DNA of 64,000 bases from Bacteroidota bacterium. GTDB lineage: Bacteria; Bacteroidota; Bacteroidia; UKL13-3. Positions within the stretch are counted from its first letter, which is position 1, and each line of letters starts with the position of its first letter. Location: positions 215,774-279,773 of the forward strand of contig CANJUD010000003.1 of NCBI GenBank assembly GCA_947477885.1, in the 5' to 3' direction. Made by a program: the position numbers and the translations under genes. The notes beneath the pieces were generated by a model. That model had not been told where the DNA came from, searched no databases, and worked only from the letters and a program-made list of their open reading frames with translations. This document shows positions 50,885-61,224 of this stretch, piece by piece.

Positions 50885-51568
50885 ATGAACAATAATATAA
50901 CCCACAAAATATTGGTGGTAGATGATGAACCAGATATTGTTGAATTTATTTCATACAATCTCATCAAAGAAGGATATAGGGTAGAGACAGCGACCAATGG
51001 CAAAGAAGCTATTGAAAAAACAAAAACATTTATTCCCGACTTAGTTTTATTAGATCTGATGATGCCTATACAAGATGGTATAGAAACATGTATTCAATTG
51101 CGTGAACTGCCTGAGATGAAAGGGAATTTTATTGTATTTCTCACTGCACGTAGCGAAGAATATTCTGAGATTAGTGGTTTCAATGCAGGTGCTGATGACT
51201 ATGTGGCAAAACCCATTAAGCCCCGTTTATTATTAAGCAGACTAAAAGCAATCCTACGTCGCAAAACCACTTTAAAAGAAACGGAAGCTTTGGATGTGGC
51301 AGATATTATAATAGATAGGGAACAGTTTATGGTCTTCCGAGGTTCTGAGAAAATACAACTTGCACGCAAAGAATTTGAACTATTATATTTACTGGCATCT
51401 AAACCTGGTAAAGTATTTAACCGCGAAACCATATTAGAAAAGATATGGGGTGATGATGTATTGGTAATCGACCGCACCATTGATGTGCATATCCGCAAAA
51501 TCCGCGAGAAATTAGGCGATGATTATATCGGTACAGTTAAAGGCGTCGGATATAAGTTTGATAAATAA
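50885..51568 (+). CDS. OmpR/PhoB-family response regulator (REC + winged-helix), no adjacent kinase
   Basis: REC (KILVVDDEPDI…LLDLMMP) and C-terminal trans_reg_C (…IDRTIDVHIRKIREKL…GVGYKF). Confidence 0.85.
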   Translation: MNNNITHKILVVDDEPDIVEFISYNLIKEGYRVETATNGKEAIEKTKTFIPDLVLLDLMMPIQDGIETCIQLRELPEMKGNFIVFLTARSEEYSEISGFNAGADDYVAKPIKPRLLLSRLKAILRRKTTLKETEALDVADIIIDREQFMVFRGSEKIQLARKEFELLYLLASKPGKVFNRETILEKIWGDDVLVIDRTIDVHIRKIREKLGDDYIGTVKGVGYKFDK

Positions 51569-51635
51569 TCCCCAATACACTCCAAAATTATTTTTAATTA
51601 ACTAAAGGCTCAAGCTATATTTGCAGCCGAGTTTG

Positions 51636-51717
51636 CCCACATGGTGGAATTGGTAGACACGCCACCTTGAGGGGGTGGTTCCGAAAGGTGTAGGAGTTCG
51701 AGTCTCCTTGTGGGCAC
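51636..51717 (+). tRNA. tRNA-Leu (anticodon GAG), class II with long variable arm, CCA not encoded
   Basis: Acceptor GCCCACA/TGTGGGC, D-arm GTG-GAATTGGTAGA-CAC, anticodon stem CCACC/GGTGG with loop TTGAGGG, variable arm TTCCGAAAGGTGT, T-arm AGGAG-TTCGAGT-CTCCT. Confidence 0.85.
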
Positions 51718-51860
51718 TATATATTTAATGATTTGTAGAAATGTGATTGAATGACTTGTTCTATGTAATTCCCACTGCAACCTATACAAATATTCTTGTC
51801 AATTTTTATATGGCTCCAGCCGACGAGTGTCAGATTTCAGAAAAACAATTCGCTTAAATC

Positions 51861-51945
51861 AGCCGTATGGCATTAACCATTAACCATTTTTACCCTGAGC
51901 AGCCCGCACTGAGCGACAGCCGAAGTGAAGTCGAAGGGAACCATT
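51861..51945. repeat. Intergenic repeat element (ggcattaaccattaaccat arm; gagcg…cgaagtgaagtcgaaggg core)
   Basis: Shares motifs with 29046-29200 and 15368-15480. Confidence 0.5.
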
Positions 51946-51947
51946 AA

Positions 51948-52475
51948 TCAAGGCTGTATCGTTAGCACCACCCTGTATTTTCCACTCTTTTCTTTAGTAA
52001 GAGCCACCTCTACACTTATTCCGCTAATCATATCTTCTTTCTCATAAGCAATAAACCGATATATTTGGTTGGTCTCTTCTTCAGGTTCTGTAACAAAAAC
52101 CCAACCCTCCAAACAAATTTCGGCAGTGGGTAAAAACTTCGAATAAGCTTTGGTAGCTTCTGAGCCATTAAAGGTCTCGGCTATAGTTGCTACATATTTG
52201 CAATGCGGCCCATCTGCAATTATTTGGGCACTGCTTGTGCCACGCACCAATGATGTAGCCTGATATGCATTGGTGTACTTCATTGGTTTCTTAGCTCCTC
52301 TAATGCTTTTGAATTGTGTTCTGGAGGCATCAATTACTTTCCATATGGATTGGCAGCCATATTTTTTCGCAACGCTATCAGGTATTTCTCCCTGCACTGT
52401 TTGTGCTTTGCATGGTGTGCCAATTATAAAAAACAATGCAACAAATGAATATATAAATCCTTTCATTACTTGCAA
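51948..52475 (-). CDS. hypothetical secreted protein (175 aa)
   Basis: Signal peptide MKGFIYSFVALFFIIGTPCKAQ. Confidence 0.5.
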   Translation of the reverse strand: MQVMKGFIYSFVALFFIIGTPCKAQTVQGEIPDSVAKKYGCQSIWKVIDASRTQFKSIRGAKKPMKYTNAYQATSLVRGTSSAQIIADGPHCKYVATIAETFNGSEATKAYSKFLPTAEICLEGWVFVTEPEEETNQIYRFIAYEKEDMISGISVEVALTKEKSGKYRVVLTIQP

Positions 52476-52625
52476 ATAACTAAGATAAAAACCAATGTTG
52501 CACGCACCTTCGATACTTTTTTTCCATATCCACTTTTTCTTGTGTCCAAAAAAAACGAATCCATCTTGGTTTGTGTGGGTTCAGATTGCATATATTTGCC
52601 CTAGAAAATATATTCTTATTAAGCA

Positions 52626-55316
52626 ATGAAACGACTTAGAAAAATCGCAATTATACTGTTTGTTGTTATAGGTATTTTAATAGCTATTCCATACGTTTTT
52701 AAATCTAAAATTGTAAACCTCATAAAACAGGAAGCAAACAAGCATTTGAATGCCACCCTCAATTTTGATGATGATATCAGTATTGGTTTGTTGCGTTCAT
52801 TCCCTTATTTGTCAATTGGTATCGACAATCTCAGTTTGGCCAATAAAGGTGAATTTGCAGGTGATACGCTCATATCTGCCAAATATATATATATTAAAAT
52901 GGACTTGATGAGTGTGTTTGCTGGGGATGAAATTTCTATAAAAACCATCCACCTCAATCAGCCGCGTATTAATGCAAGGGTGCTGCAAGATGGCCGTGCC
53001 AATTGGTCGATTACCTTGCCGGATAGTTCGAAAAAACCTGATGACACTACCTCAAAATTCAAAATGAAACTGAAGGAGTTAACTATAGCAGATGGTTATT
53101 TAGTATTTGATGATAAACAATTAGGTTTTTATACAAAGGCTGAGCACATGGACCATACTTTGTCAGGCGATTTTACACAAGACCAGTTTGATTTGGATAC
53201 AAAAACAAGTATAGCAAATTATACAATGGCTTATGGCGGTATGAGTTATTTAAGTAACGTGAAAGCCAGTTTCGATGCTTTGATTGACATGGACATCAAA
53301 AACTTTGCATTCAAATTCAAAGAAAATAAAATCAATATCAATGCACTTCAATTTGGATTAGATGGAACTTTTGCGATGCCTGGGGATGACCTAAAAATGG
53401 ATTTGAAATTAATATGCAAACAAACAGAATTCAAAAATATATTATCATTAATTCCTGGCATATATAAAACCAGTTTCGATCAAGTAAAAACAAGTGGACA
53501 AATGGCATTCGGTGCGAATATAAAAGGTATATATAATGATAAGCAAATGCCAGCATTTGGAGTGGATTTAAAAATAAAAAATGCATCATTTGCCTACCCA
53601 AGTATGCCTACAGACGTGCGAAATATTAATTTAGATTTAAATATAAAAAATCCAGATGGAGTTCCCGATCATACTATTATAAATTTACCTTCTGCTCATG
53701 CTGAGATTGGCAAAAATCCGTTTGATATGAAATTGGTTTTACAAACTCCTGTTAGCGATGCACAGATCGATGCACATATAAAAGGTATCATAGATTTGGC
53801 AGAAATTGCAAAGATAGTTCCCCAAGAAAAAGGAACAGAAATGCAGGGTATATTAAAAGCAGATTTGGCTGCAAATGGCCGCATGAGTAGCATCACCAAC
53901 AAGCAGTATGATAAGTTTAATGCAACAGGCAATTTAGAAATTAATAATTTTATATATAAGTCCACTTCATTAAAACAACCCATAAATATACAAAAAATGA
54001 ATTTAGGATTTACACCGCAATATGTAAATCTAGAGCAATTCAAATGTACTTTTGGAACAAGCGATATGGAAGCAAGTGGGAAATTAGAAAATTTCTTAGC
54101 TTATATTTTTAAGAATGATATTATAAAAGGTAAGCTCGATATTAAATCAAATTATTTTAATTGTAATACCTTCTTAAGCAATGATGCAAAAGACAATAAA
54201 GCTCCACAGCCGAAAGATACTGTGCCTTTGGAAGCATTCTCATTGCCTGTTAATATAGATTTTACCCTTAGTGCTAAAGCCAAAGAAGTATTATATGATA
54301 ATCTTTTGCTCAACAACACAGTTGCAGTTTTATTATTACATAGTGGAAGATTAACCATAGAAAGTATGGAGTCTGGACTGATGGGTGGGAAGGTGAAAAT
54401 GGAAGGTTATTATGATGCAAACAATATGGCAAAACCAGAAATGAATTTCCATATCAAAATGAAACAAATGGATATCGGGCAGATATCAAAATATTGTAGT
54501 ACCATAAAAGCATATGCTCCAATAGCAGATTATATAACAGGGAATTTTAATGCAGACTTTATCGCAAATGGAAGTTTGGACAAACACCTAAAACCGCAAC
54601 TAGGTACACTAACTTCAATAGGAGATTTTGATTTGCCTAGTTTTAAAATCTCAGGCTTCGAACCTCTAAATAAAGTAGCTGAAGCAATACAACGAAATGA
54701 TTTAAAACAGCTAGCAGTGCAAAAACTACAAATGTGGTTTAGTATTAAAGATGGCAAAATATATTTAGCACGAGGATTCCAAACTGATTTGAGCGGCAAT
54801 ACTTTAAAAGTAGAAAAGGATGGGTATACTACTTTAGATAAAAATATAAATTATAATATGGTAATGGAAATTCCCCGCAATCAGTTTGCACAGGTTGATG
54901 CGGAGTTGAGTAGTTTATTAGACCAAGCAAAGAAGCAAGGAATCAATATCGATATTGCACAAAAAATTCCTGTTAATATTTCGATGACAGGAACTGTTAC
55001 AAAGCCTATTGTGAAGGCAAGTATGAAAGAAGCAAAAGCAAAATTTGTTGATGATATTAAGAGTCAACTAAAAGGTTATATAAACCAGAAAAAAGATGAA
55101 TATATAGACAAAGGAAAAGCCGAGCTCGATAAACAAAAGAAAGCTGCAGAAGAAAAAGCAAAAGCGGAAATTGACAAAGCCAAACAAGCCGCCGAACAAA
55201 GGGCAAAAGAAGAATCAGACAAAGCCAAGAAAGCTGCCCAAGACGAATTGAACAAACAAAAACAAAACGCCAAAGACAAAGTCAAAGATGCGATAAAAAA
55301 TAAATGGAAATTATAA
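52626..55316 (+). CDS. AsmA-family large membrane-anchored protein with K/A/E-rich C-terminal tail
   Basis: N-terminal TM anchor KIAIILFVVIGILIAIPYVF, long beta-rich periplasmic region, C-terminal ~90-aa KAEIDKAKQAAEQRAKEE coiled coil; 896 aa. Confidence 0.6.
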   Translation: MKRLRKIAIILFVVIGILIAIPYVFKSKIVNLIKQEANKHLNATLNFDDDISIGLLRSFPYLSIGIDNLSLANKGEFAGDTLISAKYIYIKMDLMSVFAGDEISIKTIHLNQPRINARVLQDGRANWSITLPDSSKKPDDTTSKFKMKLKELTIADGYLVFDDKQLGFYTKAEHMDHTLSGDFTQDQFDLDTKTSIANYTMAYGGMSYLSNVKASFDALIDMDIKNFAFKFKENKININALQFGLDGTFAMPGDDLKMDLKLICKQTEFKNILSLIPGIYKTSFDQVKTSGQMAFGANIKGIYNDKQMPAFGVDLKIKNASFAYPSMPTDVRNINLDLNIKNPDGVPDHTIINLPSAHAEIGKNPFDMKLVLQTPVSDAQIDAHIKGIIDLAEIAKIVPQEKGTEMQGILKADLAANGRMSSITNKQYDKFNATGNLEINNFIYKSTSLKQPINIQKMNLGFTPQYVNLEQFKCTFGTSDMEASGKLENFLAYIFKNDIIKGKLDIKSNYFNCNTFLSNDAKDNKAPQPKDTVPLEAFSLPVNIDFTLSAKAKEVLYDNLLLNNTVAVLLLHSGRLTIESMESGLMGGKVKMEGYYDANNMAKPEMNFHIKMKQMDIGQISKYCSTIKAYAPIADYITGNFNADFIANGSLDKHLKPQLGTLTSIGDFDLPSFKISGFEPLNKVAEAIQRNDLKQLAVQKLQMWFSIKDGKIYLARGFQTDLSGNTLKVEKDGYTTLDKNINYNMVMEIPRNQFAQVDAELSSLLDQAKKQGINIDIAQKIPVNISMTGTVTKPIVKASMKEAKAKFVDDIKSQLKGYINQKKDEYIDKGKAELDKQKKAAEEKAKAEIDKAKQAAEQRAKEESDKAKKAAQDELNKQKQNAKDKVKDAIKNKWKL

Positions 55317-55352
55317 TATATTTTATCACAGAACAATAATATATAATACCCA

Positions 55353-58007
55353 ATGAAAAATCTCCGTTACCTCATCATATTATTACCCCTTATTCAGTCC
55401 TGTTTTTTGTTTAATAATAGCAAAAAAATAAACAAGCAAAAAAATAAAATCTTATGGAATTATAAAGATACATTGGCTGCAGTAAAAATACAAGCCGATG
55501 AAGAGGAACAAAAATCGAAAGAAATAACGGAAGTACCTGCAAGGGAAACTGATATTATACACATGGATTTATCCCTCAGTTTCGATTGGGAAATAGAAAC
55601 AGTGACAGGAGAGTGCGTATTAGAATGTGCTCCTTATGCGGAGTGGGTGGATACCTTGGTGCTTGATGCACGTAGGTTTGATATTAGTAGCATTTCTATT
55701 TCTACTAATTATGATATTTTAGGAACACTTCCAAGTGGACTCGATTCCAAAATACATCCTACCACTTTCACCTATCCCGATTCAGAACAACTGCATATAT
55801 ATATACCGAGAATGTATAAAAATGAATTTAGTTCATATAGAATTCATTTAAAATATAAAGCTAATCCTAGAGAAACAACTAACCAAAAAGGAATGGCTAT
55901 AAGTAGCGACAAAGGATTGTATTTTATTAATTCTAAAAATAAATATATAGACCGTCCAAGGCAATTGTGGACCCAAGGAGAAACAGAGCATAATCATAAT
56001 TGGTTCCCTACTATTGATCATCCCAATGAGAAAATAACACAAACTATAACACTAACTGTAGATAGTAATTTAACTACTTTGTCAAATGGCAGACTTACTA
56101 ATTCATATAATAATGGTAATGGCACACGCACTGATAGGTGGCAACAGTCGAAACCTCATTCTACTTATCTGGCAATGTTGGCAATAGGGAATTTTGCAAG
56201 GGTGCATGATGAATGGGTTTATCCTAGTGCTGGATTTGGCAATATTTGTGCTGTCGATTATTATATGGAACCAGAATTTGCTCCGTATGCAAAAACTATA
56301 TTTGGCAACACAAAAGAAATGCTCACTTATTATAGTGATGTTTTAGGTGTTCCTTATGCCTGGGATAAATATGCACAAGTAGTCGTTCGCGAATATGTAT
56401 CGGGTGCTATGGAGAATACATCAGCAACTCTGCACGGTGAGTTTTTGAACAGAACACCACGCCAATGGTATGATAATAATTCAGAAGATGTAATCTGTCA
56501 CGAACTGTTCCACCAATGGTTTGGCGATTTGGTTACTTGCAAATCGTGGCATCATATATCATTGAATGAATCTTTCGCAACCTTCGGAGAAATATTATGG
56601 CACGAGCATAAAAAAGGAATGGATGCTGCACAACTCAAGTTCCAAAATAATTGCAAAGCAGGAATAAGAACAGACCAATTTAAAAATGTGCCGCTCATTC
56701 GCAAAACGTATGAAATACCAGAAGAAGTTTTTGATGGAATTAGTTATCCCAAAGGCGGAGCTATTATACAAATGCTCAGGCACGAATTGGGTGACAAATC
56801 TTTCTTTAAAGGATTAAATATATACCTTACAAAAAATGCCTATAATAATGCAGAGGCACACCAACTCCGCTTGGCCTTTGAGGAAGCTAGCGGACGTGAT
56901 TTGAATTGGTATTTCAACCAATGGTATTTTGCTCCAGGTCATCCAAAAATTACGGCTGAAGTTGCTTCAGAAAGTACGGCAAAAGAATATATATTAAACT
57001 TGTCTCAGAATGGTTATAAACTCAATGAAGAATTATTCCCTTATCGTTTGCCCCTGCAAATTGGATTTGTAGTTAATGGAAAATTGGAGATAAGGAATGT
57101 ATTAATAAATTCATATTACCCAAATTTAAAATTCCAATTTGATACCATGCCCGATGCTGTTTTGTTTGATCCAAATCAGCTACTATTGGCAGAATATGAT
57201 TTCAAACAAACATCCAAAACCAGCACAACTTTATTGAAGGCAGCAAATACTTATGCTCAAAAATCGCACTGCCTCGATTTATTAAAGGAAACAGAATTGG
57301 AACTGTTTGAAGAGGGAGACAAGCAAACAACCATAGATCAATTATTATTATACGCACAAGATATAACATTCCTAGAAAGTGCCACTGCAGTTAACTTACT
57401 TGATAGATTAGAAAAAAAGGAAGACCGCGCAAAAATATATAATAGTATGTACACGCTAGCAAATTCCGATTCACGCAAAAATGTACGCAAAGAAGCACTC
57501 GAATTTTTAAGTAAGGAGCCTTCTGATAAACTTATTCCGCTATTACAAAAATTAATTTTTGATACCAGTTATACTATACAAAGCAACGCCTTTAAACTCT
57601 ATTTACAGCTGGATTCATTAAGTGCTTTCAATGCTGTAAAACACCTACTAGGCAAAGATAATGACATGATAGAGAAATCAAACTTGCTTTCACGTTTATC
57701 TGATTATAAGTTCAAAGAGGTGGGAAATTATTACATAGCTGCTATGCAATCGAATTCCTATAAATTGTTAGATGAATTTGCAGCAGGTGCTTGCATGTAT
57801 TTAGAATGGTGCACTGACAAAGAGGAAGCAACGAAGCTATTAGACGAACTCGAAAAACTTCATGATAAACCTGTAAAAAAACTCGATGCAAATATTAAAG
57901 ACAGCATCAAAGAACTATCAAAAAGTACATCATTAGCTACAACAAATACTACTGAGTATTATATCAATCAAAGATGCAAAGAAATGCTGGACAAATGGGG
58001 AAAGTAA
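55353..58007 (+). CDS. M1 family zinc metallopeptidase (aminopeptidase N-like) with C-terminal helical-repeat domain
   Basis: Gluzincin motifs GAMEN and HELFHQWFGDLVT…x18…NESFATF; signal peptide; 884 aa. Confidence 0.8.
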   Translation: MKNLRYLIILLPLIQSCFLFNNSKKINKQKNKILWNYKDTLAAVKIQADEEEQKSKEITEVPARETDIIHMDLSLSFDWEIETVTGECVLECAPYAEWVDTLVLDARRFDISSISISTNYDILGTLPSGLDSKIHPTTFTYPDSEQLHIYIPRMYKNEFSSYRIHLKYKANPRETTNQKGMAISSDKGLYFINSKNKYIDRPRQLWTQGETEHNHNWFPTIDHPNEKITQTITLTVDSNLTTLSNGRLTNSYNNGNGTRTDRWQQSKPHSTYLAMLAIGNFARVHDEWVYPSAGFGNICAVDYYMEPEFAPYAKTIFGNTKEMLTYYSDVLGVPYAWDKYAQVVVREYVSGAMENTSATLHGEFLNRTPRQWYDNNSEDVICHELFHQWFGDLVTCKSWHHISLNESFATFGEILWHEHKKGMDAAQLKFQNNCKAGIRTDQFKNVPLIRKTYEIPEEVFDGISYPKGGAIIQMLRHELGDKSFFKGLNIYLTKNAYNNAEAHQLRLAFEEASGRDLNWYFNQWYFAPGHPKITAEVASESTAKEYILNLSQNGYKLNEELFPYRLPLQIGFVVNGKLEIRNVLINSYYPNLKFQFDTMPDAVLFDPNQLLLAEYDFKQTSKTSTTLLKAANTYAQKSHCLDLLKETELELFEEGDKQTTIDQLLLYAQDITFLESATAVNLLDRLEKKEDRAKIYNSMYTLANSDSRKNVRKEALEFLSKEPSDKLIPLLQKLIFDTSYTIQSNAFKLYLQLDSLSAFNAVKHLLGKDNDMIEKSNLLSRLSDYKFKEVGNYYIAAMQSNSYKLLDEFAAGACMYLEWCTDKEEATKLLDELEKLHDKPVKKLDANIKDSIKELSKSTSLATTNTTEYYINQRCKEMLDKWGK

Positions 58008-58166
58008 AGTAAGTGTGAGCTTCATCCTGATAACTTATCGGGGCCGCTGGCTTATCAAGTGGAGTGTTTGTGTTGCCATTATGGTGCATTGGTTGTTTCC
58101 ACCCCGATGGCCTAAGAAAAAATATCTGTGTAAATCTGTGCTATCTGTGAGAACTAAACTTTAATA

Positions 58167-60977
58167 TTACAACATAAACTTCACCCCAAAAGTATAATAA
58201 GGCCCCCTGCGAAATTTCATAATTAATTTGTCGCTGCCATTACGACTAAAATGACCATCATTATTCGTATCTTGAACTAAGAATACAGGATTATTAAGAA
58301 TATCTTGAGCCCCAATATTTAAGGAGAATCTTTTATTTAATCTTTGTGATACTGTAATATCAATTGTATGACGAGATAGTTCACCAATATTAGGATATTG
58401 CAAAGTGCCTAACAAAAATATTCGTGGTCCAAATACATTATATAATAAACTAACTTGTAAACCATTGCTATCATTTTGATAATATAATCCAGAATTAATT
58501 ATATAGGGTGACTGACCTTGTAATTGTGTTTTATTGGCTTGGTTAATGGTATTGCTAATATATAAATGACTTTGAATTAGAGATACATTTCCAACCACAT
58601 TTAAATTAGCTAGTTGTTTGCAACGTATTGATTTTCCTATACTGCCCATGTTTTTTCTGAAATCAATTTCTACTCCTTGTGTATAGGCCCAGTCACCATT
58701 TACAAACGAGAATGACCTGCTATCACTTCCTGAACTAAGAATAATTTGCTGTATAGGATTTTTAAAATATTTATAAAATGCACCTACTTGCACAAAGTCA
58801 GAACCTTTGCCATATAATTCATAACGCAAATCAAAGTTTTGAATAGTCGCTACCTTTAATATATTTCCATTTGGGAACAACACAGTATTAAATAAAGAAC
58901 CATAAGTGCCCGCACTAAAATTAAAATCATAAAAGAAGAATGGCGACCATTCGCGAAACTCAGGTCTGTTCAATGTTTTACCATAAGCTACACGAAGCAA
59001 TGATTGTTTGCTAAAGTTATAAGCCATATTGAAGGAAGGCAGCCAAAACTTGGTGATAATTTTAGGACTTATACTATCTTGATTTAATCTACTTTGTAAA
59101 GCCTGTTTATTATATTCATATCTGAGACCACCAACCACTTTTATTTTTTTGCTTACCTGTACGTTTAGCATTCCATAGCCTGCAAATAAATGATTTTGTG
59201 CTTTGTATTTATCCGATGGGCTTGTTATTTCATCCAGTTTAAATCCATTGGGAGTTCCTATATTTTGTAGGTCAAAAATTTGCTCAATAGGCAGGCGTGT
59301 TAATGTTTGAGCAGCAGCACCAGGTTTTATTACATACCCCAATACACGTGCTTCGAATGAACGGTCTTTAAGTTCTATATATCCACCTGTGCTTGCCTCA
59401 TAAGCCATGCCTTTAAAAGTGTTTTTATATTTTAAACTCTGAGAAACGGAATATATATTTTCTTTTAAAGTAGAAAAAAATCGGCCACCACCATTTACAA
59501 AATCGACCACGTTGGCTACCGAAGCTTTATACATACTATCAGGAGCCATGCGGTCTTTTACATATCTAATTCTTCTTAAATCGGGGTCATTGCGATATAT
59601 CTGCGAATAGCCCAAAGTCCAATCATAAATTAGCTTGTCATTATTCCATTTATGATTGCCAGTGAGCTGGCCTGTATAAGTTGTTTTCGATTGATATGAA
59701 TACTGATACGAACGCTCATTGGGGCCATCCATCAAATTACTACTGCGCACTACTGTTTGTTGGATACCAGTTTGGTTAAGCAAATTTTTGAATTCAATGC
59801 GGTGGTTGCTATTAAACTTTATTGCAAAGTTTTCCAATATATTCAGCCTAACAGTTTGCGTACTTTGCTTATCCATTAGATCTAATGTTTTTGAAACCGA
59901 ATCCCAATCTTGTCTTTGTATATTAAATACAGTATTAGTATTTGAATAATTAATTCCGAAAATATTTCCCAATTTTATTTTCCCAATATTTCCCAATTTA
60001 TTAAAATTAAAATTGAATCGTGTATCGGGCATTGCTTTTTGTTCTTGCTTGGCCCAATTGCTGTTGAATGATTTGGTTTCTGATTCTATATTCTGATCAT
60101 ATTTTGATATATATTCATTTAACCCTTTAGGAAGCTTACGTTGCCCATAGTCGAAGCCCAGCCAATCAGTATTACTTTTGGTATTATAATCAAACATATT
60201 ACCTGTACTTCCGGTGCGGTAAGAACTTTTAAAATCGATTGACATACTTGTTTTTTCGGGAAATGCTTTGGTATATATTTTTACCATTCCACCAGCAAAG
60301 TCAGCTGGCAAATCGGCAGATGGCGTTTTGTATATCAATATCCGGTCAATAAGTCCTGCGGGTATAATATCAAACGAAAATGCTTTTTTATCTGTTTCTG
60401 AACTTGGTGCACCTGCATCGTTCAACCATACAGTATTATAACGATCATTCAATCCGCGAATCATGATAAATCTGTTTTCTATAATGGTGACACCCGGAAC
60501 TCTTCTCACCACTTCTGATGCATCGCGGTCTTGTCCTTTTTGTATTTGGCTGGCTGATATACCACTTACTATATTATCACTACGCTTCATCTCTAATACT
60601 ATTGCAGCTTCAGTGTTTTTAGCTCGTGTGGCAGTTACTTTAGCACCTTTTAATTGCTCAGGTTCTGCTGCTTCTAATTGTACTTTTAACTCACTGGTAT
60701 TATTTGGATAAACTGATACTGCCACAGTTTTGGTTTTATAATTACCAACTATAAATTCCAAACCATAATTACCTGAATCCAAATTGGTAAACACAAATCC
60801 TCCATCTTTATCTGAAAGGGTGCTGAGTTTCTTGCCCTTTACACTAATATTTACTCCTGATAGAATTTCGTTTGTTTTCAAATCAGCGACAATACCATTT
60901 ATTTGCCCTTTCTGAGCAAGTGCATTGAAGGTAGAAAATAATAAAAAAACAATGACTGACAAGTATTTAGGAACCAT
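58167..60977 (-). CDS. TonB-dependent outer-membrane receptor with N-terminal carboxypeptidase-regulatory-like domain
   Basis: Signal peptide MVPKYLSVIVFLLFSTFNALAQ, CarboxypepD_reg-like GQINGIVADLKTNEILSGVNISVKG…, plug region (IVSGISASQIQKGQDRDASEVVRRVPGVTI…), ~930 aa barrel; start chosen at 60975-60977. Confidence 0.75.
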   Translation of the reverse strand: MVPKYLSVIVFLLFSTFNALAQKGQINGIVADLKTNEILSGVNISVKGKKLSTLSDKDGGFVFTNLDSGNYGLEFIVGNYKTKTVAVSVYPNNTSELKVQLEAAEPEQLKGAKVTATRAKNTEAAIVLEMKRSDNIVSGISASQIQKGQDRDASEVVRRVPGVTIIENRFIMIRGLNDRYNTVWLNDAGAPSSETDKKAFSFDIIPAGLIDRILIYKTPSADLPADFAGGMVKIYTKAFPEKTSMSIDFKSSYRTGSTGNMFDYNTKSNTDWLGFDYGQRKLPKGLNEYISKYDQNIESETKSFNSNWAKQEQKAMPDTRFNFNFNKLGNIGKIKLGNIFGINYSNTNTVFNIQRQDWDSVSKTLDLMDKQSTQTVRLNILENFAIKFNSNHRIEFKNLLNQTGIQQTVVRSSNLMDGPNERSYQYSYQSKTTYTGQLTGNHKWNNDKLIYDWTLGYSQIYRNDPDLRRIRYVKDRMAPDSMYKASVANVVDFVNGGGRFFSTLKENIYSVSQSLKYKNTFKGMAYEASTGGYIELKDRSFEARVLGYVIKPGAAAQTLTRLPIEQIFDLQNIGTPNGFKLDEITSPSDKYKAQNHLFAGYGMLNVQVSKKIKVVGGLRYEYNKQALQSRLNQDSISPKIITKFWLPSFNMAYNFSKQSLLRVAYGKTLNRPEFREWSPFFFYDFNFSAGTYGSLFNTVLFPNGNILKVATIQNFDLRYELYGKGSDFVQVGAFYKYFKNPIQQIILSSGSDSRSFSFVNGDWAYTQGVEIDFRKNMGSIGKSIRCKQLANLNVVGNVSLIQSHLYISNTINQANKTQLQGQSPYIINSGLYYQNDSNGLQVSLLYNVFGPRIFLLGTLQYPNIGELSRHTIDITVSQRLNKRFSLNIGAQDILNNPVFLVQDTNNDGHFSRNGSDKLIMKFRRGPYYTFGVKFML

Positions 60978-61224
60978 ATTGTATATATTTAAAAGCATTA
61001 CAATTTTAAGATTTTATGTTACTGTAATGTTTCCTATGTTTTGCTTTTATGTTACCATTATGTCAAAAACTATAGCAAATGAAAATTGTGAAATGCCGAA
61101 TTTTTTAGGGCATTAAAGAAATATAAAAAAAATGCAAAGCAGGTAAATGTAAAATTTTCAGCTAGCCATTCAATCAATTCGGTTGTCTTGGTATAAATTT
61201 GCTACAAAATAATTAGGCTAGGGT

